Shown here piece after piece: positions 38,381-47,761 of a stretch of DNA of 64,000 nucleotides. The DNA is from a virus (lineage: Duplodnaviria; Caudoviricetes), in IMG/VR virus record IMGVR_UViG_3300025715_000009, positions 224,001-288,000 of that record; one strand, given 5' to 3'. Under the pieces are notes generated by a model. That model made no database searches. It was given only the letters and a program-made list of their open reading frames with translations, and was not told the DNA's origin. The position numbers and the translations under genes were made by a program. Numbering within the stretch: the stretch's first letter is position 1; each line of letters starts with the position of its first letter.

Positions 38381-39073
38381 TTAAATTTTTGTTATTTTAT
38401 ATTTATGCCCAGAAATATCTCTTACTATAACTGGCAAATCACTTTCTTCTATCATATTATTTTTCTCTAATCTATATAATTTTGGATATTTAATATCAAA
38501 CTTTTGTGCAAATTGAACAACTCTTTCTAAACTCTCTTCTTTAAATCTTTCATGGTCAAATAAACTTTCAAGATATAAACCTTTATTTTCACCACTTTCT
38601 ATCAATTTCAAAGTATAAGTATAACAATATTCCCCAGACATCACATTTTTTATAATCTTGGATACTATATCTTCATATGGTGATTTAATTTTTTTAGGTG
38701 AAGAAAAACGCCATTTGTCTATTGCGGGGTCCCAAAACATATAAATGGTTTGACCATCATCTAATGGTTCAATAAATATTGTTGTTTCATCAAATATAAA
38801 ATCCTTATCTTGCTTTAATTCTGTTAGAGATATGTCTTGTGTTTGCCATCCTGGAAAAGATACAAGATATGGTGGATGAAATATTATTCCATTACATACA
38901 TCAGTTAATTCTGATATATGACCTCTTGGGTCTGATTTTAAAAAATATGAACCATCTTCTTCAACTACAGTAATTCCCTTTTCATGGAACCATTTTAGTT
39001 TTTCTTCAAAAGAAAGATTAGACATTAATTTATTTCTTATTAATGTCATTAATGCTTTGGGATTTTTTATCAT
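38381..39073 (-). CDS. RNA ligase 1 (Rnl1)-like fold protein, catalytic motif degenerate
   Basis: CNGIIF..LVSFP, then FIEPLDDGQTIYMFWD..WRFSS in place of EKxDGS..W. Confidence 0.5.
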   Translation of the reverse strand: MIKNPKALMTLIRNKLMSNLSFEEKLKWFHEKGITVVEEDGSYFLKSDPRGHISELTDVCNGIIFHPPYLVSFPGWQTQDISLTELKQDKDFIFDETTIFIEPLDDGQTIYMFWDPAIDKWRFSSPKKIKSPYEDIVSKIIKNVMSGEYCYTYTLKLIESGENKGLYLESLFDHERFKEESLERVVQFAQKFDIKYPKLYRLEKNNMIEESDLPVIVRDISGHKYKITKI

Positions 39074-39074
39074 T

Positions 39075-39314
39075 TTAATTCTCCGATATTTGTCTTATTT
39101 TATTATTTTCGTCATAAATTATTGTAATTCTATTTGGCACAAAATCTATTGCTACTACAGTTTGTGGTCCAATATATCTTACTGTTTTATATCCTAATTC
39201 TTGAATTACTTTTTGGACCATGTTTTTATCTGGCCATACTTGTAATATTTTGTAATATTTCTCTACCAATTCTGGATTTTCATTTCGTAATAATAATTTT
39301 GCTTTCTCAATCAT
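39075..39314 (-). CDS. Peptidase inhibitor I78/I13-like protein
   Basis: VRYIGPQTVVAIDFVPNRITIIYDENNKIRQI resembles R.I.PG..VTMDY.PDRLNI.VD..G.I. Confidence 0.6.
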   Translation of the reverse strand: MIEKAKLLLRNENPELVEKYYKILQVWPDKNMVQKVIQELGYKTVRYIGPQTVVAIDFVPNRITIIYDENNKIRQISEN

Positions 39315-39316
39315 TT

Positions 39317-39574
39317 TTATCCCTCACGTATTGCAGAAATCATATTGTTTTCATTAAAAAAAATATTTATTCTATTATATCCATGATTTAACGGCGTAAT
39401 ATCTTCACAATGAATATATCGTATATCTTTATAACCGTATGTTTTTATTATGTTATTAATTTTCTTTTTGTTTGGCCAAGCAATTAAAATATTTGACCAT
39501 TTGTTTATTAATTCTGAGTCATAGCCAAGTAATAGTAATTTTGCTTTTATAACTGATTCTTCCATATTGGGCAA
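39317..39574 (-). CDS. Peptidase inhibitor I78-like paralog
   Basis: IRYIHCEDITPLNHGYNRINIFFNENNMISAIREG; N-terminus paralogous to 39075-39314. Confidence 0.5.
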   Translation of the reverse strand: MPNMEESVIKAKLLLLGYDSELINKWSNILIAWPNKKKINNIIKTYGYKDIRYIHCEDITPLNHGYNRINIFFNENNMISAIREG

Positions 39575-40233
39575 TATCCTTTTTTATATTCACACCATTT
39601 ACACCCATAACTTTGTGTTGGTTCCCATTTTTTATTTGTCTCTATTTCAAAGATAATATCTTTTATTTCTTTTTCAAACAAATTAATTTGTACATCATTA
39701 AATAATATCTTATCTTCTTCATTTATTCTTGGATAGTAAATAATACACTTAATATCTTTGGGTTGACAATTCCATTTTTTACTTAATATTAAATTATATA
39801 ATTTCATTTGAAAAAGATGATTATCTCTAAAATTTGATTTAGATGTTTTATAATCTGCAAACATTTTATCCTTGATAAATAACTTATCTGCAAGACCATA
39901 AACCCAATAATCTTCTGTTTGCAATTCTAATTCTTGCTCATTAAGAGATTCATATTTAGAATATTTATTTAACCAAGAAAATAAATTTTCAATAGTTTGT
40001 GGAACAAGAGATTTAAACTCTTTATCTAAAGAAGATTTATATTTATTTACTATTTCTAATATTTGTTTATAATTCTTGCCAGTATAAAATTCTGCCACCT
40101 CATGAATCATTTGACCAAACATTGTATCAGAGGTGATTGGTTTTTCTAATTTAAGTTCTTTATTATAATATAAATCATATTTCAATTTACAAGATTTATA
40201 TGTCTTTATTCCAGATGCTGAATATCTTTTCAT
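39547..40233 (-). CDS. PD-(D/E)XK nuclease, RecB/Cas4-like
   Basis: YSASGIKTYKSC, GLADKL, DYKTSK, QMKLY, CKWCEY..YC. Confidence 0.85.
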   Translation of the reverse strand: MKRYSASGIKTYKSCKLKYDLYYNKELKLEKPITSDTMFGQMIHEVAEFYTGKNYKQILEIVNKYKSSLDKEFKSLVPQTIENLFSWLNKYSKYESLNEQELELQTEDYWVYGLADKLFIKDKMFADYKTSKSNFRDNHLFQMKLYNLILSKKWNCQPKDIKCIIYYPRINEEDKILFNDVQINLFEKEIKDIIFEIETNKKWEPTQSYGCKWCEYKKGYCPIWKNQL

Positions 40234-40247
40234 TAGTATAAATATGC

Positions 40248-40505
40248 TTATGTGTATTGTGTATTAATTTGTTTAATGTCTATCTCAAATATAGTTTTAA
40301 TCATATCATGAAAATTATTAGATTTATAAATATGGGGCTGTTCTAACATTGCTCCTCCCCATATATCTTTGGTAAAAATTTTACCGCTTCTTAGAACAGT
40401 AAATCCTATATATCTATTGTCTTCTTTATTATAAATATATACATATCCTGCTATATGTGTTGATGAGCCTGCGTATATTATAAACAATTTATTTAAATAA
40501 TTCAT
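40248..40505 (-). CDS. Small hypothetical protein, C-terminal 'xxIF' helix family
   Basis: FHDMIKTIFEI. Confidence 0.55.
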   Translation of the reverse strand: MNYLNKLFIIYAGSSTHIAGYVYIYNKEDNRYIGFTVLRSGKIFTKDIWGGAMLEQPHIYKSNNFHDMIKTIFEIDIKQINTQYT

Positions 40506-40789
40506 CTTACTCCATAATTAAATATTATATCAAATATTGCTTCTTTTTGTTTTTTGGATAAAATTGATGGTGGAAAAATTGCATACCCAGTAGTTAAATC
40601 AAAATAAATATTTCCATACATCTTAGCACTATCAAAATCTATACATTGGGCACATAACCCAGCAACGTTTTTCGTTATTTTATAAACAAAACCATTAAAG
40701 GGATTTCCATTTTGAAAATAAAATGTAATGGCTTTATTCAATAGTGAGTAAAATTGTTCTTCTGTTTTTAATATTATATAATCACTCAA
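40502..40789 (-). CDS. Small hypothetical protein, C-terminal 'xxIF' helix family
   Basis: KEAIFDIIFNY. Confidence 0.55.
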   Translation of the reverse strand: MSDYIILKTEEQFYSLLNKAITFYFQNGNPFNGFVYKITKNVAGLCAQCIDFDSAKMYGNIYFDLTTGYAIFPPSILSKKQKEAIFDIIFNYGVR

Positions 40790-41312
40790 AGCAATCCCTT
40801 ATAACTTCTCTTCTTGTTTCTCTATCTACATCTGCTACTTTACTTTCCATTTCATCTACTTCTTGCACTAATTTTCTTAATTTATATTTTAAATCATCCC
40901 AATCTCGCCAATCTTTAATCATTTCTAATTCATCTGAATAATTCTCATTAAAATCATTCCATGCTTGTTCGGAATAAAAGTCTATTTCATTTTGATAATC
41001 TTTACTGTCTTTATAATCTTCCCAGTTAGGATATTCATCTTGTACTCCATTCATGTTTTCTTCCCAAGACTCTTTAGCCATTAATTCCAAGTTTTCATAA
41101 TCATCTGCTGCCTCACCAGTCTTTAACATCTCATCAAGTTTTTCTGATACATTTTTTACAACTTGAGCAAGTTTGTTTTTATCTTTCCACTCCCAAAAAC
41201 TGAGTTCATTATCTAATAATTTAAATGCTGTATCACCAGATAATTCATAATCAATATTATGTTCAAACCTTTCATCATAATAATCAACGGCATCTTGTTT
41301 AGAATATATCAT
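40782..41312 (-). CDS. Very acidic hypothetical protein
   Basis: D/E/W/Y-rich; SD GGAGG. Confidence 0.7.
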   Translation of the reverse strand: MIYSKQDAVDYYDERFEHNIDYELSGDTAFKLLDNELSFWEWKDKNKLAQVVKNVSEKLDEMLKTGEAADDYENLELMAKESWEENMNGVQDEYPNWEDYKDSKDYQNEIDFYSEQAWNDFNENYSDELEMIKDWRDWDDLKYKLRKLVQEVDEMESKVADVDRETRREVIRDCFE

Positions 41313-41325
41313 TTTTCCTCCATTA

Positions 41326-41348
41326 TTATCTTATAAAATATAAGATAA
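41326..41348. promoter_or_regulatory. Back-to-back AAGATAA motifs at the divergent strand switch (putative divergent phage promoters)
   Basis: TTATCTTATA-aaa-TATAAGATAA, each copy pointing to an SD and ATG. Confidence 0.65.
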
Positions 41349-41370
41349 ATATATATAAAAAGGAGTAAAT

Positions 41371-41952
41371 ATGAATATTTGTGGAATTGACCAATCTTTG
41401 ACAGATACAGGATTGACTTTTTGGTCTAATGGAGAATTTTCCTGGGCTACTATAAATACAGAAAAAACCAAAGATACAAAAAATCCATCGATTGATTATA
41501 CAAGAAGATTAATTCAAATTGCTGACAATGTTGAAAAAATGATTAGTGAAAAAAATATTGATTTAATAGCAATCGAAGGGATGAGTTTTTCAAGCACCGG
41601 AGCAGTGGTTTTTGATTTAGGTGGTCTTTCACATATTTTAAGAGCAAGATTTATTTCATTAGGTAAAAAATTTATTGTCATCCCACCAACTACTTTAAAA
41701 AAATATTGGTTTGGTAAAGGTAATGCAAATAAAGACGAGATGTTGCAAGCCACAATAGATAGAGGGTATAATATTCCAATGTTAAAAAATTATGGAACAA
41801 AAAAACAGCCAATTATGAAAATGAATGATAACGTTGTTGACTCGATGGCACTTTGTATATTCGCTAAAGATATGGTTGAAGGTAAATTAAGTGAAGATTT
41901 TTTAAAGAATATTGAGAAAAGTGAAGAGGTGTTTATTATAGAGGATTTATGA
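41371..41952 (+). CDS. RuvC-like Holliday junction resolvase
   Basis: ICGIDQSLTDTG, IAIEG, PPTTLKK..GKGNANKDEM, DNVVDS. Confidence 0.85.
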   Translation: MNICGIDQSLTDTGLTFWSNGEFSWATINTEKTKDTKNPSIDYTRRLIQIADNVEKMISEKNIDLIAIEGMSFSSTGAVVFDLGGLSHILRARFISLGKKFIVIPPTTLKKYWFGKGNANKDEMLQATIDRGYNIPMLKNYGTKKQPIMKMNDNVVDSMALCIFAKDMVEGKLSEDFLKNIEKSEEVFIIEDL

Positions 41953-42284
41953 AAGCATATAGATTATTAATAGTTCAAATATTTAATTTTAATATAAGAG
42001 AATGGTTTGATGATTTCAAAGAATTAATACCAGTATCTACAGAAGAAAATTTAGAAATTATTAAAGATTTAAAAAAAGCATTTTATAGACGCGTAGCAAT
42101 AGGTGAACCATTTGTTGTTGGTAAGTATATGCCAGATAGAAATTTATATTTAATATGTTCAAGTAGTTATTTAATGCTTAGTAATATATGTTATCTTGAA
42201 ATACTCCAAACTGAAACAGGGAGAGTGTTTAATTTACAAGATAAACTAAACGGTCAAATAATACAGGGTAGAATAGAATATTGA
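41949..42284 (+). CDS. Hypothetical protein, MKAYR family copy 1
   Basis: Tandem paralog of 42398-42742. Confidence 0.7.
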   Translation: MKAYRLLIVQIFNFNIREWFDDFKELIPVSTEENLEIIKDLKKAFYRRVAIGEPFVVGKYMPDRNLYLICSSSYLMLSNICYLEILQTETGRVFNLQDKLNGQIIQGRIEY

Positions 42285-42303
42285 AAAAAGTGAAGAGGTG
42301 TTT

Positions 42304-42356
42304 ACTATATGAACAGGGCTGTTCACTACATGAACTCTGGAGTTCACCATGTGAAC
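42304..42356. repeat. 21-nt-period tandem palindromes TGAAC-N6-GTTCA
   Basis: TGAACAG-gg-CTGTTCA, TGAACTC-tg-GAGTTCA and a partial third unit. Confidence 0.55.
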
Positions 42357-42397
42357 GTATAAATATAGAATAAATATATTACTACTATAGAGGATTT

Positions 42398-42742
42398 ATG
42401 AAAGCATATAGAAAATTAATAATTCAAGTATTTAATGAAAACAATTCCATAAAAAAATGGTTAACTGAATTTAAATATTTATATCCAGTTTCTGAACAAG
42501 ATAAATTAAAAATTGCTAAAGAACTTAAACAAGCATTTTATAAGCGTATAAATTTAGGAAGTATATATATACTCGGAAAATATTATGAAGACAGTGTAAT
42601 GTATTTAATTTGTTCTGATAGAAGAATATTGGGTAGCAATATTTGTTTTCTTGAAGTATTTAGAGAAGACGAATATAAGGTATTTAATTTAATAGATAAA
42701 ATAACTGGAGAAATAAGACAAGCAAGAATAATTGGAGAATAA
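42398..42742 (+). CDS. Hypothetical protein, MKAYR family copy 2
   Basis: Shares AFY.R, GKY, YLICS, NIC.LE, VFNL.DK..G.I. Confidence 0.7.
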   Translation: MKAYRKLIIQVFNENNSIKKWLTEFKYLYPVSEQDKLKIAKELKQAFYKRINLGSIYILGKYYEDSVMYLICSDRRILGSNICFLEVFREDEYKVFNLIDKITGEIRQARIIGE

Positions 42743-43148
42743 AATGTTAGAATATGATATTAAGTATAAATTCGTAGATGAATGGCATAATATATTACAA
42801 AAGACGTTAAATTTAAAAAATTTGAGATTATATGCAATAGAATTAGATGTGTTTACAGACGATGGGAGAAAAAAAGCAGATTTAGTTTATGAAATAGATG
42901 TTGATAAAATTCCAATGAATAATCCGATGTTTGTATTAGAATTAAAGAAAGATAAAATAGATGTTGGTGTTTGTGAACAAGTAAAAAGATATTCACATTT
43001 TATTGAGAGACAATTATATAGAAGAAAACCAGTTCAATGTATTATAGCAGGACCTAATTTTTCTAATTGGGAGTTAGATACTTGCAAAGAACAAAAAGTT
43101 CATGCCTTGCAATATGATCTGTCTGGTAATATGAGGTTAGTAATTTAA
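42732..43148 (+). CDS. NucS/EndoMS C-terminal-like PD-(D/E)XK nuclease
   Basis: E...GRKKADLV...VLELKKD...EQVKRY...IIAG; start may be ATG at 42744. Confidence 0.7.
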   Translation: MENKMLEYDIKYKFVDEWHNILQKTLNLKNLRLYAIELDVFTDDGRKKADLVYEIDVDKIPMNNPMFVLELKKDKIDVGVCEQVKRYSHFIERQLYRRKPVQCIIAGPNFSNWELDTCKEQKVHALQYDLSGNMRLVI

Positions 43149-43456
43149 TGAAATATGCAATAGTTATACATGAAGGAGCAAATCACTCTACATATCATCA
43201 AGGTTTAGATGATAATACACATATTTCAAAAAGAATAAAAAAAATAATTAAAGAACTTCTTCCAGATATAAGTAAAACATATAGAATTGAAAACAATAGA
43301 GTGTGTAAAATAATTGATGAATTTAAACAAAATTATATACATTATATTTGTGTTGACTTATTAAATGGAAATTCAGGTATAATAGGTGATGGTGCTTTAT
43401 TATTTTATGATGAGAATAATAAAAAAAGATTTTTTGATAGGATATTTAATAAATGA
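43148..43456 (+). CDS. Hypothetical protein, MKYAIVI family copy 1
   Basis: Tandem triplet; ends KKRFFDRIFNK. Confidence 0.7.
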   Translation: MKYAIVIHEGANHSTYHQGLDDNTHISKRIKKIIKELLPDISKTYRIENNRVCKIIDEFKQNYIHYICVDLLNGNSGIIGDGALLFYDENNKKRFFDRIFNK

Positions 43457-43761
43457 AATATGCAATAGTTATAGATGAAGAGGAAAACCACCCAGCTTAT
43501 CATCATAAGATTGATAATAATATGCACGTGTCACAAGAAATGAAAAAACTTATAAAGCAACTTTTTCCAGATATAAGCAAAACATATAGAATTGAAAGCA
43601 ATAGAGTGTGTAAAATAATTAGTGAATTTAAACATAATTATATACATTATGTCTGTGTTGATTTATTGAATGATAATCCTGGAATACTAGATGCTCAAGG
43701 ATTATTATTTTATAATGAAGATAATAAAAAACTATTCTTTGATAAGGTGTTTAATAAATGA
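43453..43761 (+). CDS. Hypothetical protein, MKYAIVI family copy 2
   Basis: Closely similar to copy 1 at DNA and protein level. Confidence 0.7.
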   Translation: MKYAIVIDEEENHPAYHHKIDNNMHVSQEMKKLIKQLFPDISKTYRIESNRVCKIISEFKHNYIHYVCVDLLNDNPGILDAQGLLFYNEDNKKLFFDKVFNK

Positions 43762-44084
43762 AATATGTAATAGTTATAGATGATGGACAATGCCATCCTG
43801 CTTATCATAAAATAGATAAAAGTCTACTTCCACAAGATATGGTAAAATTAATAGATAAATATTTAGATCAGAACAAACTATATGAAATACATTATAATAA
43901 TATATGTCAAGTTTTGGGAGAGGTCGATGTTGATTCACGCTTTATGGAATCGTCTATTAAAAAACTTTATTTTTGCAAGAGTATTATAAATGATGAAATT
44001 GGTTTTATTAATAATAATGGTGTGTTAATTTATGGTGAAAATAATAATAAAAAAAGATTTTTTGATAAGGTATTTAATAGATGA
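43758..44084 (+). CDS. Hypothetical protein, MKYAIVI family copy 3
   Basis: Shared termini, diverged middle. Confidence 0.7.
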   Translation: MKYVIVIDDGQCHPAYHKIDKSLLPQDMVKLIDKYLDQNKLYEIHYNNICQVLGEVDVDSRFMESSIKKLYFCKSIINDEIGFINNNGVLIYGENNNKKRFFDKVFNR

Positions 44085-44704
44085 AAAAAGCAAATGTAAT
44101 TACGATAGGAGATTTTACATCTTATACTGTTGAAGATTATAAAGAAATGTGGTCATATCAAGATGAGATTGATTATTATTCATTGTTTTTTTCTATATTT
44201 AATAGACATGATTTTATAAAAAGATTAGATAGATTTTTACAACAGATAGACCATAATGACTATGATCAATATAAAGAATTTATTTTGTATTATATAGATT
44301 ATAAACCAGATATGGTGCATGAATATTCAAATATAGAAGAATGTATTAAAGCAATAGAAACACAAATATCAGATATTGAATATGAAATAAAAAATTTAGA
44401 AGAAGAAAAAAAACAAGCAGAAAATGAATATGAAAAAATAGCCGATGATGTTCGTGAACAAACAGGCAATTATATTAATATACAAAATACTCAATCAACA
44501 TCTAAGATTAGAGTAGCAATTCCTACACCAAAAGATGATTATGATCTTGATGATCAAATAGATGATCTGGAGAGGTGGTCAAGAGAATATTGGGAGAAAG
44601 ATGAAGAAATTGGAAGACAGGAAGAATATTTACAAATGGCTAAAGATAATTTAAATACAGCAACAAATCAACTAAATACATTAGGAGATATGATGTATGA
44701 CTAA
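44081..44704 (+). CDS. Acidic coiled-coil hypothetical protein
   Basis: Heptad repeats. Confidence 0.65.
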   Translation: MKKANVITIGDFTSYTVEDYKEMWSYQDEIDYYSLFFSIFNRHDFIKRLDRFLQQIDHNDYDQYKEFILYYIDYKPDMVHEYSNIEECIKAIETQISDIEYEIKNLEEEKKQAENEYEKIADDVREQTGNYINIQNTQSTSKIRVAIPTPKDDYDLDDQIDDLERWSREYWEKDEEIGRQEEYLQMAKDNLNTATNQLNTLGDMMYD

Positions 44705-45116
44705 TTTTAGAAGAATAGAAGAAAAATCTTATCAACATGATGCTATAAAAAATGCTTTTATTCCAGGATATGGTAGAAAACTTTTAATGAATATTGCCGA
44801 TAGATATCAGCAACTATATGATCATCATTTATTGTTGCGTGATGTTAAAATTAAAGATTATCCACAATGGACAACATTGGGCCCATCACATGAATTAAAT
44901 CTTGGCATACTACCAAAATACTCTCTTAATATTAAGATGGCTCGTGGTGGGTGGTATATGAATTTGAATAAAAGTAATGGCGATTATATAAGCATTGAAG
45001 ATAGAAAAAAAATATTTGATAATCCAAATAATGATAGTATGTTTACAACTGAGACCAGATATGTTGCTGATATGATTGGTGAATTAAGACAGTGGATTAT
45101 CGATCTTTCTCTTTAA
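44697..45116 (+). CDS. Hypothetical protein
   Basis: SD AGGAG; converges on 45097-45519. Confidence 0.65.
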   Translation: MTNFRRIEEKSYQHDAIKNAFIPGYGRKLLMNIADRYQQLYDHHLLLRDVKIKDYPQWTTLGPSHELNLGILPKYSLNIKMARGGWYMNLNKSNGDYISIEDRKKIFDNPNNDSMFTTETRYVADMIGELRQWIIDLSL

Positions 45117-45519
45117 AATCAATGCAGGACTTCTTGACTCTTTTTAACATTATCTTGTAATATTTACAAAACATTCCTGATTTATGTTTTCCAAAATAAG
45201 CACAATACTCACAACCATCATATTTAGGCGAATTAGAAGTTATATGGATTTGTTTTGGTGATAAATCTATATCAATATCATTAATAATATCATATTTTAT
45301 ATTAATTTGATTTCTAAAAATATGTTTCTCTTTGAATTTGATATTTACGCCATCTCCATAATAAATATGACCAAGAAAGTCATCTATTGTTCTACCAATT
45401 AAATATTTATCATATATGAAATATCTCAAGTTAGATGGTTTATTTGGGATTATGCGTATAGTTTGATAGAGAAGATTGCCTTCTCTTTTGCCTTCATATT
45501 TAATATCTGCACTGACCAT
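45097..45519 (-). CDS. Hypothetical protein with C-terminal Cys cluster
   Basis: CEYC..FC..SC. Confidence 0.6.
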   Translation of the reverse strand: MVSADIKYEGKREGNLLYQTIRIIPNKPSNLRYFIYDKYLIGRTIDDFLGHIYYGDGVNIKFKEKHIFRNQINIKYDIINDIDIDLSPKQIHITSNSPKYDGCEYCAYFGKHKSGMFCKYYKIMLKRVKKSCIDFKEKDR

Positions 45520-45569
45520 ATACTAATATATGTCAAAAATCTTATCAAATATCTCTTTTTTCTGAAAAT

Positions 45570-45800
45570 TTAATTAAAATGACCTTTCATTCTCTTATGT
45601 AAAACGGCCCACTTATATGCTTCTGCTCTTTTGCCTTTTAATCCTTTCTTTTTGGCTTGTTTTTCTAATTGGTTTGTAAATCCTTGTCTATCAAGTTTGG
45701 TTAGATATGTATCAACTTTTTTTTCAGTAGCATCACCGCCTGCTGCTGATGCTAATCTTTCATGGCCTAATTTTTCATTTAAAGCATCATCAAATGTCAT
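45570..45800 (-). CDS. Small basic protein, possible internal head protein
   Basis: N-terminal MTFDDALNE then basic tail; SD GGAGG. Confidence 0.6.
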   Translation of the reverse strand: MTFDDALNEKLGHERLASAAGGDATEKKVDTYLTKLDRQGFTNQLEKQAKKKGLKGKRAEAYKWAVLHKRMKGHFN

Positions 45801-46081
45801 ATCCCCTCCTTTAAGATATACTTCATTGCTTCACGTCTTTTATATTCTGAAATTAAATTTAAATCTCCAAGTTCTATTATTTCATTATTAAAAATATTAT
45901 CTCGATAAGAGTATCCACTTATCATATCTTTTATTGTGTTGTCTAATTTTATTCTTGCCGCATGAAAATATAAAGTATCAGCAATTTTCAAATAAATATG
46001 ACCAATCAAACCCATTTTTTGTGGATCTCTATATTTAGATATAATAACTTGACCAATCTTAACCTTGTCTAATTTCATCAT
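45797..46081 (-). CDS. Small hypothetical protein
   Basis: Ends REAMKYILKE; 4-bp overlap. Confidence 0.55.
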   Translation of the reverse strand: MMKLDKVKIGQVIISKYRDPQKMGLIGHIYLKIADTLYFHAARIKLDNTIKDMISGYSYRDNIFNNEIIELGDLNLISEYKRREAMKYILKEGI

Positions 46082-46208
46082 CTTCTAATAATAATTCTTG
46101 ATCATATTTAGAGAATAGTTGAACTATTGTTTCTAAACATAATTGTTGGTTTTTTAATATCTCTTTTAACTCTCTTATCTCATCTATAATCTCTTCACAT
46201 TTATCCAT
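46059..46208 (-). CDS. Small hypothetical coiled-coil protein (49 aa)
   Basis: Not in track; GAGGAG SD, MDKCEEIIDEIRELKEILKNQQLCLETIVQLFSKYDQELLLEDDEIRQG fills the gap. Confidence 0.55.
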   Translation of the reverse strand: MDKCEEIIDEIRELKEILKNQQLCLETIVQLFSKYDQELLLEDDEIRQG

Positions 46209-46770
46209 TTTTTATCTCCTCTATTCCACTTAATACTCTTAAATTATATTTTTCTTGTTCTGTCAAAGATGAAATGTCTGCTTCTTTGTTTCCTCTTTCA
46301 TCTACTTTAATTCCAATATTTAATTTATTATCAATTCCACCCATTGGATATTGTGTTTCTATTACTTGACCAGTATAATCTTGTAATGGCATTTCTACTG
46401 GAGTTGAAAAAGATGTGGTTTGTTTTGGTTGTGGACTATTATAACGAGGTTGTTCATCTAAATATAGATTAATAGCAGATCTAATTGATTCAAATACTTT
46501 TCTTCTTTCATTAGAAGATTCAAAATTAGATTTTACTGTCTTAATTATTACACTGGCAAAATCCAATGCTGTCTCAACAAAATCTTCATCTAATGGTTCT
46601 ACTTCTTGTTTAGGTTCAATTTTTTGTTGTCTTGGTTGAGGCATCTCAATCTTCTTTTCTTCTTTTACTTGTTTTACTCCAGGGATTTCTCTTGCCTTGC
46701 TTTCTCTATTTAATCTTGAGACAGTATCTCTGCCTAGCTCCGCAAGGAAATCGTTGAGACCGAGTTCCAT
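46201..46770 (-). CDS. Hypothetical protein
   Basis: SD AGGAG. Confidence 0.7.
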   Translation of the reverse strand: MELGLNDFLAELGRDTVSRLNRESKAREIPGVKQVKEEKKIEMPQPRQQKIEPKQEVEPLDEDFVETALDFASVIIKTVKSNFESSNERRKVFESIRSAINLYLDEQPRYNSPQPKQTTSFSTPVEMPLQDYTGQVIETQYPMGGIDNKLNIGIKVDERGNKEADISSLTEQEKYNLRVLSGIEEIKNG

Positions 46771-46774
46771 ATAT

Positions 46775-47374
46775 TTACTCCTTTAACCATTTTTCTAATA
46801 TGGTCTTTTCTACTATTTTTGTTCCAGTTATACCCTCAAGAACAATCTTTTCTCCATTAATTTGTTTTATTTTATATGATTCTTGTTGTGGTGTAATAAC
46901 TTCTTGACCAATTACTACTGTTGTTTTTTCTTGTTCTGGTTCTTGTGGCTTTTGTTCTCCAAACCAAATTGAATGTAATTTATTAACAATTGCTTTAACC
47001 GTTGGTTCCAAATTTGATATCATAAGTGCCTTAATATCAGCATCTACATCTTCACCAGGTCTTACTGCTTGAGAATCACAAATCTTATATAAGTGATCTT
47101 GTAATACTCTAACCAATTGTTGTGATTTTTTTACCTTAGGATCAACATTTTTATATGGGTCTTCTGGCATTGGTGGCTGTGCTGCAATTGCCATATCAAA
47201 CTCTCTTAATACACTTTCTACTAATTTTTTTGCTTTATATTCCATATAATAATTCTCCTCAATATTGGGTTGGTTTGTTTCATCCATTTCAGAAATCAAT
47301 TCATCTTGGATTTGGCCTTCAATAATATATTTTTTTAATTCATCCATAATATACCTCTTTTTTATCTTAATCAA
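46775..47374 (-). CDS. Hypothetical protein, possible head-associated protein
   Basis: Multiple (I/L/V)xE motifs; likely start at MDELKK after GAGG. Confidence 0.65.
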   Translation of the reverse strand: MIKIKKRYIMDELKKYIIEGQIQDELISEMDETNQPNIEENYYMEYKAKKLVESVLREFDMAIAAQPPMPEDPYKNVDPKVKKSQQLVRVLQDHLYKICDSQAVRPGEDVDADIKALMISNLEPTVKAIVNKLHSIWFGEQKPQEPEQEKTTVVIGQEVITPQQESYKIKQINGEKIVLEGITGTKIVEKTILEKWLKE

Positions 47375-47383
47375 TTTTAAGAA

Positions 47384-47761
47384 TTAATGATTGAAAATTG
47401 ATTCAAAAACTAAAATATAAAAATTTTTATTATCAATAATAAATTTGTTATTAACAAGAAAATTTATAAATATAGTTGGAATTATTGTTTTAGACAAAGT
47501 TTTTACAATGTCTAAATTTGATAAAACATATGATTCTAATTTATTACAAATAGAAAGAACATTATATCTATTAAAATCTTTTATTATTCCTTTATCTTTT
47601 ATTAAAAAAGATTCTGCTTTGTCTGAACCAAAAATTTTTAAATATAATTTATTATCAAATGTGGCTAATGACATTTCACCAGAATAGCCACCCATATATG
47701 GACCAACCATTATATGCATGTATGATCTTGTTCCATCTCTATATTCAAATAAATTTCTCAT
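47384..47761 (-). CDS. Hypothetical protein, C-terminal 'xxIF' helix family
   Basis: Ends YILVFESIFNH; TAAGATAA 4 nt before ATG. Confidence 0.6.
   Translation of the reverse strand: MRNLFEYRDGTRSYMHIMVGPYMGGYSGEMSLATFDNKLYLKIFGSDKAESFLIKDKGIIKDFNRYNVLSICNKLESYVLSNLDIVKTLSKTIIPTIFINFLVNNKFIIDNKNFYILVFESIFNH

Noticed and set aside
39547-40233. Cas4 as evidence for a CRISPR-Cas locus
   Set aside because: Stand-alone Cas4/RecB-like nucleases are common in phages; no cas1/cas2 or array seen
42304-42356. Possible mini-CRISPR array
   Set aside because: Units are only 21 nt with no spacer-length unique sequence and fewer than three full copies
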